DNA of 64,000 nt, from the NCBI GenBank assembly GCA_902517455.1, contig CABYCN010000003.1, positions 5 through 64,004 of the forward strand. The letters run 5' to 3'. How positions within the stretch are numbered: the first letter of the stretch is position 1; each line of letters opens with the position of its first letter. A program made the position numbers and the translations under genes. The notes beneath the pieces were generated by a model. That model saw only the letters and a program-made list of their open reading frames with translations, searched no databases and was not told the origin of the DNA. The DNA comes from an uncultured Pelagibacteraceae bacterium (GTDB taxonomy: Bacteria > Pseudomonadota > Alphaproteobacteria > Pelagibacterales > Pelagibacteraceae). Below, piece by piece: positions 39,704-50,388 of this stretch.

Positions 39704-39880
39704 ATGCAAAAGTTTACAACTTTTTTGGGATCTTTACTTGCAATCGCTTTTTTAGTGGGTCTTGCATTTACATTAACAAGATCATCTATGATAGGTTTCT
39801 TTGATGTATTACCTGTTTATATTTTGATGGGTATTGCAATCTTTATGATGGTTTATGAAGCTTTCTTTGATAAAAAATAA
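39704..39880 (+). CDS. Small 2-TM membrane protein (58 aa, not in ORF track)
   Basis: MQKFTTFLGSLLAIAFLVGLAFTLTRSSMIGFFDVLPVYILMGIAIFMMVYEAFFDKK; fills the gap, starting 1 nt after the amidase stop. Confidence 0.75.
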   Translation: MQKFTTFLGSLLAIAFLVGLAFTLTRSSMIGFFDVLPVYILMGIAIFMMVYEAFFDKK

Positions 39881-39899
39881 ATAATCTAAAAGTAAATCA

Positions 39900-40805
39900 T
39901 TGAGAACTAAAACTAATAATCTTTTTGCACTCTCACTTTTATTTGTTCAACCTATTTTTATGGCATCAAATTTAGTCGTAGCTCGAGGTGGTGTTGAATT
40001 TGTCCCGCCAATTTCTTTAGCATTTTGGAGATGGACATTAGTTTTTATGATTCTGTTACCTTTTACATATATATCATTAAAAAAAAATTATAAAATTATG
40101 AAAAAGGAATATAAAAAGCTTTTTTTTTTAGGTGCAACAGGCTGTGGTGTTTGTGGCGCTTTCCCTTTTTTAGCCGGTCAAACCACTACGGTTACTAATA
40201 TGGGAATTATATACACATCATCACCAATATTTATAATTTTGATTTCTGCTATTTTTTTTAACGAAAAAATAAACCTTACGAAAGTTTTTGGGCTCATATC
40301 CTGTTTAATCGGGGTATTTACAATTATCATAAAGGGTGATCTTTATTTATTAATAAATTTTAATTTTACTATTGGTGATCTTTGGATGTTAGCAGCTGCT
40401 ATTGGGTGGGCATTATATTCAATTTATCTATTTTATTGGAAAACGAAACTTGAGATTTTTCAAAGATTTACATTGATAGCATTTTTTGGAGCTGCAAGTT
40501 TGCTACCCTTTTATATTGGTGAGGAAATTTTTTTTAAAAAAACTATGTTTAACAAGGAATTTTTTACGTGGGTGGTTTTTGCAGCAATTTCTCCAGGAAT
40601 TATTGCATTCACTCTTTACACAATGGCTCAAAAAAAATTGGGTGCGTCTTTAACAGGTTTTACTTTATATATTTTTACAATTTATGGTGCAATCTATGGT
40701 TATTTTTTATTTGAGGAAAAATTAGAAAATTATCATTTGATAGGAACAGTTTTGGTATTCATTGGCGTATACTTAGCAAAGAAAAAAAATGTTCAAAAAA
40801 TTTAG
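39900..40805 (+). CDS. DMT/EamA family transporter
   Basis: About 10 TM, PPISLAFWRW, GDLWML..WALY. Confidence 0.9.
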   Translation: MRTKTNNLFALSLLFVQPIFMASNLVVARGGVEFVPPISLAFWRWTLVFMILLPFTYISLKKNYKIMKKEYKKLFFLGATGCGVCGAFPFLAGQTTTVTNMGIIYTSSPIFIILISAIFFNEKINLTKVFGLISCLIGVFTIIIKGDLYLLINFNFTIGDLWMLAAAIGWALYSIYLFYWKTKLEIFQRFTLIAFFGAASLLPFYIGEEIFFKKTMFNKEFFTWVVFAAISPGIIAFTLYTMAQKKLGASLTGFTLYIFTIYGAIYGYFLFEEKLENYHLIGTVLVFIGVYLAKKKNVQKI

Positions 40806-41607
40806 GAAGAGTCTATTGCAGTCAATTTTTATTATACTTATTTTGTATTTTTTTGTTCTAGTATTTTTATACTTTTATCAACGAAACTTACTTTATCATC
40901 CAAATGAAAATAATTATTCAGGCGATAAAATTTTAGTAGATATTAAAAAGGTTAAAATACCAACGTCAGATAATATTGAATTACTTGGGTGGTACCATGA
41001 GAAAAATCTTATAAATTATAAAACTCTCATTTATTTTCATGGAAATGCTGGGTCTCTAGAAAATAGAATTCATAAACTTAACCATTTTCAGGATATGAAT
41101 ATTAATTTCTTAATTATAGCTTGGCGTGGTTTTAGTGGTAACAAAGGAAAACCTACTGAACAAGGTCTTTATGAAGATGGTAAAAGTGCAATTAATTGGT
41201 TAGTCAAAAAAGGAATAGATGAAAAAAATCTTATTTTATATGGAGAATCTTTAGGGACCGGTGTTGCTACATATTTAGCTCAAAATAAGAATTATGCAGG
41301 AATAATTTTAGAAACTCCATTTACATCTATGGTTGATGCTGCAAAAAAATTTTATCCTTACATTCCAGTTAGTTTATTACTTAAAGATAAATTTGAAAAT
41401 TATAAAAATATCAAAAATATAAATTCACCACTTTTAGTGATGCATGGTGAGGCAGATCAAATAGTTCCTTTCTCTATGGGCAAAAAAATTTATGAAATAG
41501 CAAATGAACCTAAATATTCATACTTTACTAAATATGACAATCATATGATGGAATATGATGAAAAGTTAGTTATCGCACTGAAATCATTTCTTAGAGGATT
41601 AAATTAA
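40789..41607 (+). CDS. Alpha/beta hydrolase (ABHD13/BEM46-like)
   Basis: YFHGNAG, GESLG nucleophile, HGEADQIVP. Confidence 0.9.
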   Translation: MFKKFRKSLLQSIFIILILYFFVLVFLYFYQRNLLYHPNENNYSGDKILVDIKKVKIPTSDNIELLGWYHEKNLINYKTLIYFHGNAGSLENRIHKLNHFQDMNINFLIIAWRGFSGNKGKPTEQGLYEDGKSAINWLVKKGIDEKNLILYGESLGTGVATYLAQNKNYAGIILETPFTSMVDAAKKFYPYIPVSLLLKDKFENYKNIKNINSPLLVMHGEADQIVPFSMGKKIYEIANEPKYSYFTKYDNHMMEYDEKLVIALKSFLRGLN

Positions 41608-41656
41608 GCCACAATCTTACCAAACAAAATTCAACATTATATTTTATTTCTGTAAA

Positions 41657-42220
41657 ATGAGAAAAATATTTTTATTAATTATCTTCTTATTTTGTTTCAT
41701 CAAAATAGCAATTGCAAAAGGTAATGAATTTTTAGCTGATGATTTATTTTATATAGATCAAATGAATTCTCATAACAAAAATTTTGCCCTATATTTTAAG
41801 GGAAGGGATAAATCAATTTTAGCTAGGGGAGAAACTGGAAATTACATTAATGATTACCCAAAAGATCTTTATATTTACGATTATCAAACAAAAACTTCTT
41901 CTCCGTTGATCTCGCACGAATGGTTTCCAACTCACGCAAAATTTTATCTAGAAGAATATGACTTTCCTGTATTTCCAGATGATTTTGCTTATTATCTTTT
42001 AAAAGATAATAAAACGTTAGTAATGATTAGTGCTGTTAAAAGTTTAAATGCTAATTTTCAATTTGATATTATAAAAAAAAAATTAGAATTGTATCCAACT
42101 AATGGCAAACTTGATTTTATCATATCTTCTTTCGCTAAAAATTGTGGTCATTTTGAATTTAAAGATAATTATAAATGTAGTTTTTATAAACCACTAATAT
42201 CAAGTAGTTTAATTAATTAG
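41657..42220 (+). CDS. Secreted hypothetical protein
   Basis: Signal-peptide-like N-terminus; no recognised motif. Confidence 0.65.
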   Translation: MRKIFLLIIFLFCFIKIAIAKGNEFLADDLFYIDQMNSHNKNFALYFKGRDKSILARGETGNYINDYPKDLYIYDYQTKTSSPLISHEWFPTHAKFYLEEYDFPVFPDDFAYYLLKDNKTLVMISAVKSLNANFQFDIIKKKLELYPTNGKLDFIISSFAKNCGHFEFKDNYKCSFYKPLISSSLIN

Positions 42221-43130
42221 TTTGAGTAAAAGCATCAGCAAATTTTTCAGCTTCAAATATTTGAAGATCATCTTCTTTTTCTCCTAGACCTAAAGCAATT
42301 ATGGGAAGTTTATATTTTTTTGCAATCGCTAGAAGGATGCCGCCTTTTGCAGTTCCATCTAACTTTGTCATAATTATACCAGTTATTGGAATAATTTTAT
42401 TAAATTCATCTACCTGATTAATTATATTTTGCCCAGAGGTTGCATCCAAAACTAAAATAACATCGTGAGGTGCATCAGGATCTATTTTTTTTGTTACATT
42501 GGCAATTTTTTTATATTCCTCCATTAAATTTTTTTTATTCTGAAGTCTTCCAGCTGTATCAATTAAAACTTGATCAAAATTATTTTTAATAGCATGTTCA
42601 ATAGCTTTGTAAGCAACTGAAGCTGGATCAGATCCTTGTGATGATTTAGTAATATAGACATCAATTTTTTTAGCCCAATTTTCTAATTGTTCAATTGCAG
42701 CAGCTCTAAAAGTATCAGAGGCAGCAAACATAACTTTATTACCATTGATTTTTAAAATTTTACCAATTTTGCCTATACTTGTTGTTTTACCAACGCCATT
42801 AACTCCAGAAATTAAAGTTGCATTAAGCTTCTTTTTTTTAATAAAAAAAGAATTATTTTCCAGAGGTTTCATTAAAGAAATAATATACTTTTTTAAAACT
42901 AGATTTATTTCTTTTGCTAAATCTTTATTAGGATCAATTTTGCTTGATGAAATTGTGTCTTTAATTTCAGAGGCGGCTTCCACACCGACATCTGATTGTA
43001 TTAAAAATTCTTCAATTTTAGTTAAATTTTCATCGTCTATCTCTTTTTTTACAATTATTTCTTTAAGGCCTGATGAAAATGCCGAAGCACTTTTTTGAAA
43101 TCCTTTTTTAAACTTTTCAAATATTCCCAT
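42213..43130 (-). CDS. ftsY: SRP receptor GTPase (NG domain only)
   Basis: GVNGVGKTT, DTFRAAA, DTAGR, TKLDGTAKGG. Confidence 0.97.
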   Translation of the reverse strand: MGIFEKFKKGFQKSASAFSSGLKEIIVKKEIDDENLTKIEEFLIQSDVGVEAASEIKDTISSSKIDPNKDLAKEINLVLKKYIISLMKPLENNSFFIKKKKLNATLISGVNGVGKTTSIGKIGKILKINGNKVMFAASDTFRAAAIEQLENWAKKIDVYITKSSQGSDPASVAYKAIEHAIKNNFDQVLIDTAGRLQNKKNLMEEYKKIANVTKKIDPDAPHDVILVLDATSGQNIINQVDEFNKIIPITGIIMTKLDGTAKGGILLAIAKKYKLPIIALGLGEKEDDLQIFEAEKFADAFTQTN

Positions 43131-43954
43131 TATAATTTTATTGAAATTTCCTTTATGTCTGAAACAGGACCCTTCATGTGAATAGAATTTTTTTCATCTA
43201 TAAAAATCGATAAATTTCCAGTCTCAAATTCTATATCCGTATTTTTGTCAGTAAGTTTTTTTAATGAACCAGCAAATGCTGTTGCACACGCTGCAGTCCC
43301 ACATGCTTTTGTTAATCCAGCACCTCTCTCCCACACTTTTACTTTGATTAAATTTTTATTTATAACTTTAGCAATTGTAACATTACATTTTTCTGGAAAC
43401 ATCTTGTGATTTTCAATTTCAGGACCGATTTTTGCAATATTAAAGTCTTCAATATTATTAACGAAAAAGACAACATGAGGGTTTCCAACATTTACAGCAG
43501 TACCACCTAAGTGCTCATTGTTATTTGAGTCATTAATTTTAATATTTAAATTAATTGTATCAAATTTTTCAGAAAGAGGAATTTCATTCCATTTAGTTTT
43601 AGCTCCTTTAATTTCTGTTGTAACTAGATTATTGCCCAATATTTTGGATTCTAAATTTCCTGATAGGGTATTTAAAATTATAGTTTTATTTTTTTTTTCT
43701 TTTGAAATTAAGTCTGCAACACATCTTGTCCCATTACCACAAGCACTAGACTCACCACCATCAGAATTAAAAAATTTTAAACGAGCATCAAAGGTATTAT
43801 CTTTTTCAATAAATATTAGTTGATCACATCCAACAAAATTTCTATCACAAATTTTAATTATTTGCTCTTTTGATAAATAATTAATTTTTTGTCTATTATC
43901 AATGATTACAAAATCATTACCTAATCCATCCATTTTAAAAGCTTTAATGTCCAT
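43130..43954 (-). CDS. dapF: Diaminopimelate epimerase
   Basis: GLGNDF, CGNGTRC, VGNPH, ERGAGLTKACGT. Confidence 0.96.
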   Translation of the reverse strand: MDIKAFKMDGLGNDFVIIDNRQKINYLSKEQIIKICDRNFVGCDQLIFIEKDNTFDARLKFFNSDGGESSACGNGTRCVADLISKEKKNKTIILNTLSGNLESKILGNNLVTTEIKGAKTKWNEIPLSEKFDTINLNIKINDSNNNEHLGGTAVNVGNPHVVFFVNNIEDFNIAKIGPEIENHKMFPEKCNVTIAKVINKNLIKVKVWERGAGLTKACGTAACATAFAGSLKKLTDKNTDIEFETGNLSIFIDEKNSIHMKGPVSDIKEISIKL

Positions 43955-44014
43955 ATATAGTTATTTAACTTATTTATTGACTTTTTGAACCTCTATTATA
44001 GTTTGTGCGAGTTT

Positions 44015-44095
44015 CCGCAAAAACGTTAAATTTGCGGTGTCTTTGGAAACAAAGAGATCGACACTAGTCAGCGAGGGTTCGCCCACTAGTGCGAT
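44015..44095 (+). promoter_or_regulatory. Structured ffh 5' leader (includes ffh-motif-like hairpin)
   Basis: GC-rich island with hairpins CCGCAAA/TTTGCGG, TCTTTG-GAAA-CAAAGA, and CACTAGT...ACTAGTG enclosing GCGA/TCGC. Confidence 0.7.
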
Positions 44096-44115
44096 TACTG
44101 CTGTGTGGAATAAAT

Positions 44116-45476
44116 ATGTTTGAAAATTTGACAAATAAATTTGAAGAAGTTTTTTCTTCTTTAAAAAAAGCACCTTCACTTGATGAAAAACAAGTTGATG
44201 AAGGTTTAAGAGGTATTAGGCAAGCTTTATTAGAAGCTGATGTCTCTTTAGAGGTTGCAAAAGAATTTGTTGAAAAAGTTAAACCAAAAGCTTTGGGACA
44301 AGAAATAATTAGGTCTACATCCCCTGGGGATATGGTGGTTAAAATTGTATATGACGAGCTTGTTAATTTATTAGGTGAAAAAAAATAATGATGTAAACCT
44401 CAATGTAGTTCCTCCAGTGCCAATGATGCTAGTCGGATTACAAGGTTCTGGTAAAACAACTACAACTGCTAAACTTGCAAGATATTTAGAAAATACTAAA
44501 AAAAAGAAAGTTATGATGGTTAGCTTAGATATTTACAGGCCAGCTGCCCAAGAACAATTAAAATTTTTTAGGAGAGCAAAATAATATTTTAACTCTCCCT
44601 ATACTTGAAGGCCAACAGCCATCTGATATTTGTCAAAGAGCAATAAGCGCTGCTAATTTAAATGGAGCTGACATTATATTATTTGATACCGCAGGAAGGA
44701 CACAGATTGATTTACAAATGATGAGTGAAATCAAACAAATTGAAAAAACAATTAATCCTGCAGAGATTTTTTTGGTTGCAGACTCACTTACAGGACAAGT
44801 GGCGGCATCTGTAGCAAAAGAATTTAAAAATGCAGTAAATCTAACAGGAATAATTTTAACTAGATCAGATGGTGATGCTAGAGGTGGAGCAGCAGTAAGT
44901 ATGAAATTTATTTCTCAAGTTCCAATTAAATTTTTAGGAGTAGGTGAAAAAATTGAGAATCTTGAAGTATTTCATCCAGATAGAATCGCAAATAGAATTT
45001 TGGGAATGGGAGATATTGTATCCCTTGTAGAAAAAGCTGCACAAGATCTTGGTGAAGAAAATATTAAAAAGGCTGAAGAAAATTTAAAAAAAGGACAATT
45101 TTCCATGCAAGATTATTTAACTCAATTAAGACAAATGAAAAAAATGGGTGGAATAGAGGGTGTAATGTCTTTTATGCCAGGAGTTTCAAAAGTTAAGTCC
45201 CAAATGGATGCTGCGGGTATTGATGAAAGTGTTATTACAAAAAATGAAGCAATAATTTTGTCTATGACAAAAAATGAACGAGAGAATCCAAAAATAATTG
45301 ATGGTTCTCGAAAAAAAAGAATTGCTAATGGTTCTGGTACAGATCCAGCTACTATCAATAAATTGTTAAAGCAATTTAAAATGATGTCAGAAATGATGAA
45401 AAAGATGTCTAAAGGAAACTTAAAAGGTATGTCTGATAAAGGGATACCACCAGAATTATTTAATCAATTAAAATAA
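44116..45476 (+). CDS. ffh: Signal recognition particle protein, split by two +1 homopolymer frameshifts (probable sequencing errors)
   Basis: MFENL..ALLEADV / [17 protein letters not shown] / DTAGR, DGDARGG, RILGMGD, RIANGSG spread over three frames. Confidence 0.9.
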
Positions 45477-45492
45477 AAAAAAAGGAGAATAA

Positions 45493-45948
45493 ATGCTAAA
45501 GTTAAGGTTATCAAGAGGTGGAACAAAGAAGAGACCAGTTTATAAATTAGTTGTAGCGGATAGTCGTTTTGCAAGAGATGGAAGGTTTATTGAAAAAGTA
45601 GGTTTTTTTAATCCATTACTTCCCAAAGAAAAAAAAGAAAGAATTGGACTCGAGGCTGAAAGAATAAAATATTGGCTAGGTCAAGGAGCACAACCAACAA
45701 CAAGAGTAGCAAGAATTTTAGGAGAAAATGAGTTAATGCCTATGCCCGCTAACGGAAATAATCCTCAAAAAGCAGTTCCAAAAAAAGATAGAAAAAAAGA
45801 AGGATCTGAGGAGGCTAAAAAGGAAGAAACTCCAAAAGCAGACGCAGCACCAGCAGCAGAAGCTAAAAAGGAAGAAACTCCAAAAGCAGACGCAGCACCA
45901 GCAGCAGAAGCTAAAAAGGAAGAAGCTCCAAAAGAGGAAAAAAAATAA
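45493..45948 (+). CDS. rpsP: 30S ribosomal protein S16 with repetitive C-terminal extension
   Basis: LKLRLSRGGTKKRPVY, RDGRFIEKVG, GAQPT. Confidence 0.97.
   Translation: MLKLRLSRGGTKKRPVYKLVVADSRFARDGRFIEKVGFFNPLLPKEKKERIGLEAERIKYWLGQGAQPTTRVARILGENELMPMPANGNNPQKAVPKKDRKKEGSEEAKKEETPKADAAPAAEAKKEETPKADAAPAAEAKKEEAPKEEKK
45814..45934 (+). repeat. 48-bp in-frame tandem repeat (2 exact copies plus a partial third)
   Basis: gctaaaaaggaagaaactccaaaagcagacgcagcaccagcagcagaa at 45814 and 45862; partial copy at 45910. Confidence 0.92.
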
Positions 45949-45962
45949 TCTAAAGTTTGCTT

Positions 45963-46649
45963 ATGTTTCAAGCCCAGATATTTACTCTTTATCCAGAAAT
46001 TTTTCCTGGACCTTTAGCTAAAGGTCTTTATGGAAAAGCATTGTCTAATAAATTGTGGAACTTAAGTGTAATAAACATTAGAGATGCAGCAACTGATAAA
46101 CATAAAACAGTTGATGACACTCCTTATGGCGGAGGTACAGGAATGTTACTCAAAGCTGATATTTTAGCAAATTCTCTTGATCAAAAGGTTAAAAAAGGAG
46201 AAAAAATTTTTTATCTTTCACCAAAAGGTAAAAAATTTGATCAAAAACTTGCACAAGATTTATCAAAAGAGAAATCAATATCTTTAATTTGTGGTCACTT
46301 CGAAGGGGTCGATGAAAGAGTTTTGACTACGAGAAACATTGAGGAAATAAGTATAGGGGACTATGTTTTGTCTGGAGGTGAAACTGCTGCATTTGTTGTA
46401 CTTGATAGTATTTTAAGACTTTTACCTGGGGTTTTGGGAAATGAAAAATCTTCTGTTGATGAAACCTTTGAAAATGGTCTTTTAGAGTATCCTCAATATA
46501 CAAAACCACAAATTTGGGAAGAAAAGTCTGTTCCAGAGGTATTATTATCTGGGGATCATGCTAAAATTAAAGACTGGCGTTTATCTCAATCAAAGGCTAT
46601 AACACGCGACCGAAGACCAGATTTGTGGCAGAAATATAAAAAAGATTAA
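45963..46649 (+). CDS. trmD: tRNA (guanine-N1)-methyltransferase
   Basis: [37 protein letters not shown]. Confidence 0.97.
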   Translation: MFQAQIFTLYPEIFPGPLAKGLYGKALSNKLWNLSVINIRDAATDKHKTVDDTPYGGGTGMLLKADILANSLDQKVKKGEKIFYLSPKGKKFDQKLAQDLSKEKSISLICGHFEGVDERVLTTRNIEEISIGDYVLSGGETAAFVVLDSILRLLPGVLGNEKSSVDETFENGLLEYPQYTKPQIWEEKSVPEVLLSGDHAKIKDWRLSQSKAITRDRRPDLWQKYKKD

Positions 46650-46665
46650 TTTGTTAAATATTAAA

Positions 46666-47241
46666 ATGAAAACTATCGAAGAAATAAATCAGCAAAATGT
46701 CAAAAAAATTCTTTCAGAGAAAAAAATTCCTGACTTTTATCCCGGTGATGTTGTAAAAGTTGGTGTTAGAATTACTGAGGGTAAAAAAGAAAGAATTCAA
46801 TATTTTGAAGGTGTTTGTATTGCTAAAAAAAATAGAGATTTAAACTCTTCTTTTACAGTAAGAAAAATTTCTTTTGGAGAAGGAGTGGAAAGAACTTTTC
46901 CATTATACGGAACTTTAATAGACTCGATTAAAGTAATTCGTTCAGGAAAGGTAAGACGAGCAAAACTTTATTATTTAAGAGATAGAACAGGTAAATCTGC
47001 AAGAATTGCAGAAAAAATCAGAAAAAAAATTGGTATCGATATTGATGTAAAACCAGAGACTGTAAATAAGGAAAATTTAGCTCCAATTCTCAAGAAAACT
47101 GAAGAAAAGACAAAAACAGAGACAGTACTCTCTCCAGAGCCAAAAAAAGATGATTCTGCTAGAGTGGAGACCGAAAAAGATGCTCCCAAAGCCGAAATTG
47201 AAGCAGAAAAAAAACTTGAAAATAGTCCAGAAAAAAAATAA
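46666..47241 (+). CDS. rplS: 50S ribosomal protein L19 with charged C-terminal extension
   Basis: [36 protein letters not shown]. Confidence 0.97.
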   Translation: MKTIEEINQQNVKKILSEKKIPDFYPGDVVKVGVRITEGKKERIQYFEGVCIAKKNRDLNSSFTVRKISFGEGVERTFPLYGTLIDSIKVIRSGKVRRAKLYYLRDRTGKSARIAEKIRKKIGIDIDVKPETVNKENLAPILKKTEEKTKTETVLSPEPKKDDSARVETEKDAPKAEIEAEKKLENSPEKK

Positions 47242-47252
47242 TTTTTTTTTCA

Positions 47253-48656
47253 ATGTCTAATACTCTTTACGATAAAATCTGGAATGATCACTTAGTAGAT
47301 CAACAACCTGATGGTACATCATTATTATTTGTGGATAGACACTTAGTTCATGAAGTAACTAGCCCACAAGCATTTGAAGGACTAAGAAACTCGAACAGAA
47401 AAGTAAGGCATCCAAATTTAACACTTGCTGTTGCAGATCATAATGTTCCAACAACAGATAGATCTAAAGGTATATCTGATAAAGAGTCAAAGATTCAAGT
47501 TGATACATTAGGCACAAATTGCAAAGAGTTTGGTATTCAATTATTTGGAATGAATGATAAAAGGCAGGGCATAGTACATATAATTGGTCCAGAGCAAGGT
47601 TTTACTCAGCCAGGTACAGTAATTGTTTGCGGAGATAGTCATACCGCAACTCATGGAGCTTTTGGAGCTTTAGCTTTTGGTATTGGAACATCAGAAGTGG
47701 AGCATGTTTTAGCGACTCAAACATTAGTTCAAAAAAAAGCTAAAAATTTTAGAATAAATGTAGATGGCAAACTTCCTTTAGGAGTTACATCTAAAGATGT
47801 AATTCTTCAAATAATTGGAAAAATCGGTACTGCAGGAGGAACAGGATGTGTAATAGAGTATGCAGGAAATTTAATTAGATCTTTAAGTGTTGAGCAAAGA
47901 ATGACTATTTGCAATATGACTATTGAAGGTGGAGCTAGAGCAGGATTAATAGCCCCTGACGAAAAAATATTTAAATATCTTGAAAACAAACCCATGTCTC
48001 CAAAAGGAAGTAATTGGGATAAAGCACTAGAATATTGGAAAAGTTTAAAAACAGATAATGATGCAAAATTTGATAAAGAAGTAAATTTAAAAGCAGAAGA
48101 AATTTTACCTATGATTACCTGGGGAACATCTCCTCAAGACGTAATAACAATTGATGAGAAGGTTCCAAATCCACAAAATGAAAAAGATGAGGATAAAAAG
48201 AATTCTCTAGAAAGATCTTTAAATTACATGGGTTTAAAACCAAATACGGCTGCAAAAGATATAAAAATAGATAAAGTTTTTATTGGAAGTTGTACTAATG
48301 GAAGAATTGAGGATTTGAGAGAAGCAGCAAAAATTTTAAAGGACAAAAAGATAGCCTCTCATGTTCATGGAATGGTAGTTCCAGGATCAGGATTAGTCAA
48401 AGAACAAGCAGAACAAGAGGGATTAGATAAAATTTTTGTTGACTCAGGCTTTGAATGGAGAGAGCCAGGCTGCTCTATGTGTTTAGCCATGAACGCTGAT
48501 AAATTAAAACCAGAGGAAAGATGTGCTTCTACTTCAAACCGAAATTTTGAAGGCAGACAAGGTAGAGGTGGGAGAACACACTTAGTAAGTCCAGGAATGG
48601 CTGCCGCCGCTGCCATCTCTGGAAGCCTTGATGATGTTAGAAAGTATCAAAATTAG
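47253..48656 (+). CDS. leuC: 3-isopropylmalate dehydratase large subunit
   Basis: [43 protein letters not shown]. Confidence 0.98.
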   Translation: MSNTLYDKIWNDHLVDQQPDGTSLLFVDRHLVHEVTSPQAFEGLRNSNRKVRHPNLTLAVADHNVPTTDRSKGISDKESKIQVDTLGTNCKEFGIQLFGMNDKRQGIVHIIGPEQGFTQPGTVIVCGDSHTATHGAFGALAFGIGTSEVEHVLATQTLVQKKAKNFRINVDGKLPLGVTSKDVILQIIGKIGTAGGTGCVIEYAGNLIRSLSVEQRMTICNMTIEGGARAGLIAPDEKIFKYLENKPMSPKGSNWDKALEYWKSLKTDNDAKFDKEVNLKAEEILPMITWGTSPQDVITIDEKVPNPQNEKDEDKKNSLERSLNYMGLKPNTAAKDIKIDKVFIGSCTNGRIEDLREAAKILKDKKIASHVHGMVVPGSGLVKEQAEQEGLDKIFVDSGFEWREPGCSMCLAMNADKLKPEERCASTSNRNFEGRQGRGGRTHLVSPGMAAAAAISGSLDDVRKYQN

Positions 48657-48657
48657 A

Positions 48658-49263
48658 ATGCAAAAATTTAATAAACTTAAAAGCATTCCTGCCTATCTAC
48701 CAATTGTTAATATAGATACAGACATGATTATCCCAAAGCAATTTTTAAAAACTATAAAAAGAACTGGGCTTGGTAAAAATCTATTTTTTGAAATGAGATA
48801 TGACGAAAATGGAAAAGAAATTAATGATTTTATTTTAAACCAAAATCCTTTTAATAATTCAAAAATTTTAATAGCTGGTAAGAATTTTGGATGCGGTTCC
48901 TCAAGAGAACATGCTCCATGGGCATTATTAGATTTTGGTATCACTTGTGTTATTAGTTCAAGCTTTGCCGACATTTTTTATAACAATTGTTTTAAAAATG
49001 GAATTTTACCTATCATTATTGAGGAGGATAAAATTAAAGAGCTTTCAGAGTATGCAAATAGAAAAAAAGAAATTTCAATTGATCTTAGTGAAGAAAAAAT
49101 CGTTTTTGGAAACAGTGAGATTTATTTTAAGATAGATGAGTTTAAGAAAAAATGCTTATTAGAAGGACTAGATGATATAGCTTTATCTTTAAAGAAATCT
49201 GATAAAATTAAAATTTTCGAAAATAATTTAAAAGATAAAAAGCCTTGGATTTTTCATGATTAA
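48658..49263 (+). CDS. leuD: 3-isopropylmalate dehydratase small subunit
   Basis: [24 protein letters not shown]. Confidence 0.97.
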   Translation: MQKFNKLKSIPAYLPIVNIDTDMIIPKQFLKTIKRTGLGKNLFFEMRYDENGKEINDFILNQNPFNNSKILIAGKNFGCGSSREHAPWALLDFGITCVISSSFADIFYNNCFKNGILPIIIEEDKIKELSEYANRKKEISIDLSEEKIVFGNSEIYFKIDEFKKKCLLEGLDDIALSLKKSDKIKIFENNLKDKKPWIFHD

Positions 49264-50362
49264 AGTAAAAAAAAGAAGAATTTTATTACTTCCTGGTGAT
49301 GGAATTGGGCCCGAGGTTATTAGAGAAGTAAAAAAAATAATTAATTGGTTTAATGATAAAAAATCACTAGATTTTGAAACAGATGAAGATCTTGCTGGAG
49401 GATGTTCATATGACAAGCATGGAACACCTATTACTGATGAAGTATTTTATAAAGCTTTAGAAAGTGCTGTGGTGATGTTAGGTGCAGTTGGTGGCCCAAA
49501 GTGGGATAATGTTGAATTTTCAAAAAAACCTGAAAGAGCGTTATTAAAACTTAGAAAAGAATTAAAATTATTTGCAAACTTAAGACCTGCAATATGTTTT
49601 AAACAATTGGTTGATGCCTCAACCTTAAAACCAGAAATTGTTTCTGGTCTAGATATTATGATTGTAAGAGAACTAACTGGTGGAATATATTTTGGTGAAC
49701 CTCGAGGAATTAAACCAATTGAAAATGGTGAAAGAAAAGGAATTAATACTCACACTTATACTAGCAGTGAAATAGTTAGAGTTGCTAAAATTGCATTCGA
49801 TTTGGCTAAAAAAAGATCCAATAAAGTTACATCTTGTGAAAAATCAAATGTTATGGAGGCAGGTCAACTTTGGAAAGAAGAAGTCCAAGCATTGCATGAA
49901 AAAGAATATAAAGATGTAGAGTTAAGTCACATGCTTGCAGACAATTGTGCTATGCAATTATTAAGAGACCCAAAACAGTTTGATGTTATTGTGACAGATA
50001 ATTTATTTGGTGATATGTTATCAGATCAAGCCTCTATGCTTACAGGATCTTTAGGACTTTTACCTTCCGCTTCCTTGGGAGCTAAAAACAAGGATGGAGA
50101 AATGAGAGCGATGTATGAACCTATTCATGGTTCAGCCCCAGATATAGCAGGTAAAGAAATAGCCAACCCAATAGCTACAATATTAAGCTTTGCTATGGCT
50201 TTGAGATATTCTCTAGATCTTGATAAAGAGGCCGAAGCTCTTGAAAAAGCTGTTCAAGAAGTGCTAAATGATGGATTAAGAACAAAAGATATTCTATCTG
50301 AAGGAATGAAAGAAGTTTCGACCTCTCAAATGGGAGATGCGATAATTTCAAAATTGCAATAA
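49256..50362 (+). CDS. leuB: 3-isopropylmalate dehydrogenase
   Basis: [37 protein letters not shown]. Confidence 0.97.
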   Translation: MIKVKKRRILLLPGDGIGPEVIREVKKIINWFNDKKSLDFETDEDLAGGCSYDKHGTPITDEVFYKALESAVVMLGAVGGPKWDNVEFSKKPERALLKLRKELKLFANLRPAICFKQLVDASTLKPEIVSGLDIMIVRELTGGIYFGEPRGIKPIENGERKGINTHTYTSSEIVRVAKIAFDLAKKRSNKVTSCEKSNVMEAGQLWKEEVQALHEKEYKDVELSHMLADNCAMQLLRDPKQFDVIVTDNLFGDMLSDQASMLTGSLGLLPSASLGAKNKDGEMRAMYEPIHGSAPDIAGKEIANPIATILSFAMALRYSLDLDKEAEALEKAVQEVLNDGLRTKDILSEGMKEVSTSQMGDAIISKLQ

Positions 50363-50388
50363 TCAATTAATTATCTTAAAGTAAATTT

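Noticed and set aside
42213-42220. Overlapping convergent stop codons (also 5897-5900 and 59250-59260)
   Set aside because: An ordinary result of compaction in an AT-rich streamlined genome.
44015-44095. SRP (4.5S) RNA or tRNA upstream of ffh
   Set aside because: No SRP domain IV pattern (CAGG...GGAA...AGCAG) and no cloverleaf or T-loop; it fits a leader better.
44116-45476. ffh as a true pseudogene or three separate genes
   Set aside because: Both breaks are single extra bases in homopolymers, all motifs are intact and the gene is essential.
45814-45934. Direct repeats as a possible CRISPR array
   Set aside because: The units are contiguous with no spacers, in frame inside rpsP, and no cas genes are present.
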